DNA of 64,000 nucleotides, taken from positions 76,123 to 140,122 of the forward strand of contig CACAYF010000002.1 of NCBI GenBank assembly GCA_902536655.1, given 5' to 3'. The translations under genes and the position numbers were made by a program. Source of the DNA: an uncultured Alphaproteobacteria bacterium (GTDB lineage Bacteria > Pseudomonadota > Alphaproteobacteria > Methylaequorales > Methylaequoraceae). Every line of letters begins with the position of its first letter. Position 1 is the stretch's first letter. The notes below the pieces were generated by a model that searched no databases, was not told the DNA's origin, and saw only the letters and a list, made by a program, of their open reading frames with translations. Below, piece by piece: positions 63,223-64,000 of this stretch.

Positions 63223-63534
63223 ATGAAAAAAACTATTATCTATTTGTTTATTTTACAATTTGTATTTTTTAACAGCAGTAAAATTCTTTCGGATGAACAA
63301 TACAATGGTGATATTTTGCACGTATATGTTAATGGACTTGTATGTGATTTTTGTGCTCGTTCAATTGAAAAAATATTTTCAAAACAAAAATCAGTTGCAG
63401 CTATAACAGTGAATTTAAAAAATATGTTGATTACTATTAATTTTAAAGAAAATCAAAAATTAAGTTATGAAAAAATCACTGAAATGATTAAGGATTCGGG
63501 TTATGACGTCAGAGAAATAAAAAATGTTAAGTAA
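63223..63534 (+). CDS. Exported heavy-metal-associated (HMA) domain protein, MerP/CopZ-like
   Basis: Signal-like N-terminus, VNGLVCDFCARSIEK, C-terminal DSGY; GAGGA SD. Confidence 0.88.
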   Translation: MKKTIIYLFILQFVFFNSSKILSDEQYNGDILHVYVNGLVCDFCARSIEKIFSKQKSVAAITVNLKNMLITINFKENQKLSYEKITEMIKDSGYDVREIKNVK

Positions 63535-63907
63535 TTTCTATAAAGAATTGTTTGCACCAATATTAAGTTTATTTACAAGTTTAAGTACGCTAGTTTGTTG
63601 TGCATTACCAGCTCTGCTTGTGACTGTTGGATTAGGTACAACTTTAGTTAGTATTGTATCAATATTTCCGTGGATTGTTGTTCTATCAAAATATAAATTA
63701 TACATCTTTTTATTTGCAGGTTTTATGTTGGCTTTATCATGTTATATGGCATGGAGAAGAAATAATTCTTCATGTCCAGCAAACCCAACAGAAGCTAAAA
63801 TATGTTTGAAATTAAGGTCAACTAATTACGTTATATTAACTTTTTCGTTTGTAGTTTATATCACAGGTTTTTTCTTTGCTTTTTTAGCTGACTTAATTTT
63901 TTACTAA
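63524..63907 (+). CDS. MerT-like metal transport membrane protein
   Basis: STLVCCALP in TM1, about 3 TMs, loop CP......IC; overlaps the HMA gene. Confidence 0.75.
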   Translation: MLSNFYKELFAPILSLFTSLSTLVCCALPALLVTVGLGTTLVSIVSIFPWIVVLSKYKLYIFLFAGFMLALSCYMAWRRNNSSCPANPTEAKICLKLRSTNYVILTFSFVVYITGFFFAFLADLIFY

Positions 63908-64000
63908 ATAGTCTTCTTTTAAAAATATAATAAAAAGTTAATTTATTAAAATTTAGGCTAAAAAGTTTTAATATAAAAAAGTATCTAGTTATGCTTGATT

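Noticed and set aside
63223-63907. Classical mercury-resistance (mer) operon
   Set aside because: No merR or merA visible, the HMA motif differs from MerP, and gene order and partners differ; kept only as Mer-like

Overview
Very AT-rich chromosomal DNA of an alphaproteobacterium. The lineage is inferred from gene order and GTTC-N7-GTTC LexA boxes; tight gene packing suggests a streamlined free-living cell. About 1-38 kb is core genome: lpxD-fabZ-lpxA-lpxI-lpxB; ppiD-trpEGDC-moaC-moeA-lexA-gltX-gltA; tpiA-secG-pyrG-kdsA-eno-ftsB; ispDF-pgpA-cinA; dusB-ntrBC-ntrYX-trkA-dat-hflX (hfq missing from its usual slot); clpB. About 38-46 kb is a DNA-damage block: Lhr-core helicase/PdeM divergent from MBL exonuclease/ATP-dependent ligase, then LexA-boxed umuDC. 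About 46-64 kb is accessory: orphan ORFs, katG, an IsdG-like monooxygenase, an orphan molybdoenzyme, M32 peptidase, an extended lactate permease and a MORN protein, ending in a divergent metal locus. Its left arm is a Zur-boxed ZnuD-like TonB receptor, a MerC-like protein and DUF1826. Its right arm is the best novelty candidate: a secreted Cys/His leader ORF ending in RPPPP whose last codons can base-pair with the Shine-Dalgarno of the next gene. This resembles CutF/CruR-type ribosome-stalling metal sensors and here precedes an uncharacterised beta-barrel / periplasmic HMA / MerT-like module. No rRNA, tRNA, CRISPR array, IS or integrase was seen. All calls come from reading motifs by eye; no database searches were run.
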